64,000 bases of DNA from Lepidodermella squamata (lineage: Eukaryota > Animalia > Gastrotricha): positions 806,001 through 870,000 of the forward strand of contig JBLDXI010000055.1 of NCBI GenBank assembly GCA_047495785.1, written 5' to 3'. Positions 60,575 through 64,000 of the stretch are shown here, piece by piece (position 1 is the first letter of the stretch; the number at the start of each line of letters is the position of its first letter). The position numbers were made by a program, and so were the translations under genes. Below the pieces are notes generated by a model, which was not told the DNA's origin, did no database searches, and was given only the letters and a program-made list of their open reading frames with translations.

Positions 60575-61703
60575 TCAATTTATTGGCGATTCGCGAGATA
60601 TCCTTGGCAGACTAGGGTCCAGTTTAACTGGTACTTGTTTATTTTTCATGTTTGAATGGTAGAAATTTAGATTGTAATCGTGCTCCCGACCCGAAACTTG
60701 AAGTTGGTAAACGAAATCTGAAATAAAAAATAGAATTATAGAATTTCTTCAAAATTCTCAAAATTCATCTCACATTCTAGCATTAGTATTTCGACAGGTT
60801 TTAAATGATGGAACACAACTGCAGTTGTACTGATGCCTTCAATACCAGGTAGGAATGGATCGTAATCAGCCGCCATTTTCTTTTGACCTTCCTCGGTGAG
60901 ATTGAAAGCAACAGATAGTCGGTAGGGTATAAATCTCTGCCGATGAAATGCATCTCTCGAGTCGCCAACCTTCACGCCTAATTTATCTAGACAGTGACTG
61001 AAGGTTCGATCCTCACAGCCTGAATCTCCTTCAACACACGCTTTGTATTTGGCTCGTTCTTTTTCAGTGCCGAATAGCCGAAGAGCCTGCCGTGATATTG
61101 CGTAACCAGCGCCGGCGACGTAGTGAGACCGATGCCTGCCAACTATTAACGGGTCTTCAGGTGAAAACTGACTCAGCACCAAGCGTAGATTTTCCATAAT
61201 CACAAAGCTGTCATCATCAGCTTTTAAGAACCAGTCGAATTCCTCAAGGTGCTTATCATGTGCCAGCCTATGAATAGAATTTGTAGGATGATAAGCATGG
61301 AAGACAATTTAATCTAACAGAAATGTCGCTTTCGTTTTACTCCAAAGAGCGTCGTAGGACGAATCGTTAGTGACCTTGGTGATTCCGAGCCTCGGTTCTT
61401 CTTCATCACTGGCGATAATGGCCCGATCACAACGCCGGGCCCATGTCTCGAGGACCGTTGGAACCCGAATTTCGTGGTAATTTTTCGTTGTCAGAATCAG
61501 ACATAAAATGTTGAGGGGACGAGTCGCAGGAGACGCTTCATACCTGAAATTTTGTTGGTATGAGAAATTCATTAAATAAAAATGCGATACTTTGCTAAGG
61601 ATGGGGAATACTCTTGGAACTTCGAAATAAGCAAGTATGCCGTTACAATAATACAGTACAGGTACAAAAATCTGTTTATCCGATAAGAATAAGGCAGAAG
61701 CAT
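60575..61703 (-). CDS. C1GALT1: Core-1 beta-1,3-galactosyltransferase-like (GT31/Fringe-like)
   Basis: TM exon from 61703; ILCLILTT, ETWARRCD, LWSKTK, WFLKADDDSFVIMENLR, GAGYAISRQAL, ED..CL..LGVKVGDSRD..RF. Confidence 0.85.
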
Positions 61704-61844
61704 TGTTGATTCGAATAATATAAATTCCCGTATTTTGCGATAAATCAGACGGCCACAATCAGACGGACACGCGATTGCTTTTCATTCATCATTTCAGTTC
61801 GTTTCAGCTTCGTTCATTCATTAAAATCGAAAGTAGAGCTAGAA

Positions 61845-62905
61845 ATGCGATACAAGGTAAAATCCTTGTCGATCTTCGCGGCTTTTAGCTTTCTCTGTTT
61901 TATGCTGATTTTCGATCGCATGCTAAATAATGCCAGTGAATTTGAGAAAATCGACCAATTTTTACTTGCCAAATCAAGGAAAGTTCAGTCTGGAAAGGTC
62001 CCAAAGATTCTACATCAAACATGGAAAATCCGCGACGAATTACCGCCAAAATACGATAGATATCGTGCCATTTGGCTCGAATTTCATCCTGAAGGCGAAT
62101 GGACCCATCATTTATGGACTGATGAGGAAAATCGCGAGTTGATAAAAAGGTATTGGAGTTTAATTCAATTAATAGTTTTTTGATGATATTTTTTATTTAG
62201 ACATTACTCATGGATCCTCGGGGTCTACGATGCCATGCCTGTAGGGGTGATGCGTTCAGATATCATTCGATACGCATTGATGCATCGCTACGGTGGTGTT
62301 TACGCTGACCTTGACATGGAACCCTTACGTCCTATCGACAGCTTGATCGAAAACGCAGTCACGCCAGTCACACTAGCTTACATGGCGAAGGCTTCAGAAT
62401 TGATGGAACAAGAACTAGAGCACAATCTTCCGGCTTGTTTCCTGATTTCAGCTCCTGGTCACACTCTATGGATATCGACGCTTGTCCTTAGCATGCAAGC
62501 ATTCAAGGTGCTTCCGATAAAATCGAGACCTGAATACGTCACAGGTGCTTTGAATGTTTTTCCCATCATTTTTTACGTGAATTTTTCTTAGGGCCTGCTG
62601 TGTTTCACCAAGCAATAACGCATTATTTAAAGCAAATTTCGGAGTTGAGGAAAACAGAGCCAGATGGCGATTTAGCAAATAATTCACCGCGCATCTTCGA
62701 TATTTCTTTCATTGAAGCTGGGCTGATATATCCATACCATTGGCGGTACTTCGATCAAGAAATTGGCCAACTTTGCGGCGGAACTTCGCCACGTCAGAAT
62801 GAAACAGCCTGCAAGGCTCATTTTCCGGACGCTTTGACTATTCAATATTCAGGTTACTCGTGGAAAAATGAATGGGAAACATTTATGAAAAGCGAAATAA
62901 ACTGA
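61845..62905 (+). CDS. GT32 glycosyltransferase (SUR1/OCH1-like, DXD motif)
   Basis: TM; VPKILHQTWK; LWTDEEN; RSDIIRYALMHRYGGVYADLDMEPLRP; TG|P; two short introns. Confidence 0.88.
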
Positions 62906-63189
62906 GGTGTGGTCCTTATATATCGGTCATTTTTTACTCAGGTATTGATGAAGACATGTGAAAGGATTCCATCGGTAACTCGGCAGTTGAAAATCCCGTT
63001 TCATCTCGGTATGAATTTCCAGAAACGCAGCCAAATTAGGAATACTTTTTTCTCTCGGCACGAGATAAATTCATCAATCGATTTTTATAGAGCACGCGTT
63101 TATCTATTTTAATTGACCGGCTCACGTTGCTCTTAAAATGATTCTTGAAAACCTGAATTTCGTGAAACCAACAGTTTTCGACTTTGAAA

Positions 63190-64000
63190 ATGGTAGCTAA
63201 CGCCATCAAACTGATGCTCACCCTTCGGAAGCCACGTTTTTCTGGCTTCAATTTCAACGCTTTTTACCTTATTGCTCTGCTATGCTGTGCCGTGTTGCTG
63301 ATTCTGAATTCGATTCCGATCCTAGGGCCGAACACCAAACGGTGCCTGGTATATTTCCCCCTTATTTTAGAGTAATATTTTAGAGGTATTTTCCTTTTTG
63401 TAGATTGATGATAAAACAGCACAGCAAATTCAGTTGAGAAAAACGCTGGTTCGGGAATTTTGCAATCGGTCAATTGACAGCTTTGGAGACCATCCGCCGC
63501 ACAAATCCGTCGATTGGACGCATTTCGAAAAATTCCGCCACCTCGGATTCAAAGCCTAGTAATTTATTTGTCCATTTCTCTCGATTTTTGTATTCAATTT
63601 ATTTATTCCAGTGACCATTTGATTTGGTGGAACGATCTCTACGTCAATGAGCAGTACAAAATGATATTTTGCGCGTAAGCTAGATTTCAAAATGCAATTT
63701 TGGGAAAATTATCCAACATTTTAGGGCGCCGAAAAATGGCAATACCAACGTTCGCCACTACATCATGCACATGAGCCAGCATCCGGACATCGACACTTAC
63801 GAGTATAACCGGACTGAAATGATGAAGGTTCACGTCAAAGGTTACAAATCGCCCTATTTACGCCGACTTTCCGAGTATAACACCGAGGAGGCTCAGGCTA
63901 TTTTTGCTAATTATTCGAAATTTGCCTTCGTTCGCGAACCAGTCGATCGAATGCTGTCAGCTTGGCATGAAAAGTTTTCGACAGTCGAGTCAGATGGCAT
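63190..64000 (+). CDS. Carbohydrate sulfotransferase, copy 5 (truncated by window end)
   Basis: TM exon; APKNGNTNVRHY; FAFVREPVDRMLSAWHEKF. Confidence 0.85.

Overview
Eukaryotic (invertebrate-like) DNA from a compact genome: most introns are about 50-60 bp GT-AG and intergenic gaps are very short. I cannot name the organism from the sequence alone. Positions 1-49.5 kb form a block of co-oriented + strand genes: three RING/propeller-like genes, a DHX34 RNA helicase with three 3.2-3.7 kb introns full of transposon relics (Ginger-like intron-containing integrase, pogo, Gypsy RNase H, Crypton/DUF3504, RAG1/Transib-like), a tandem array of seven RING + B-box-like + coiled-coil + ankyrin-repeat genes ending in a basic NLS-like motif (five intact, two disrupted), an NmrA-like gene, Harbinger relics and three small unknown genes (two with an N-myristoylation-like start and a glycine zipper). 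Positions 49.8-64 kb hold five carbohydrate sulfotransferases, GT31 and GT32 glycosyltransferases, a secreted ConA/LamG-like protein, a small HSP, a glutathionyl-hydroquinone reductase-like GST and three tRNA genes. The best candidate for an undescribed system is the TRIM-like/ankyrin array. There are also signs of operon-like organisation with trans-splicing. All gene models were built by eye and no database searches were run.
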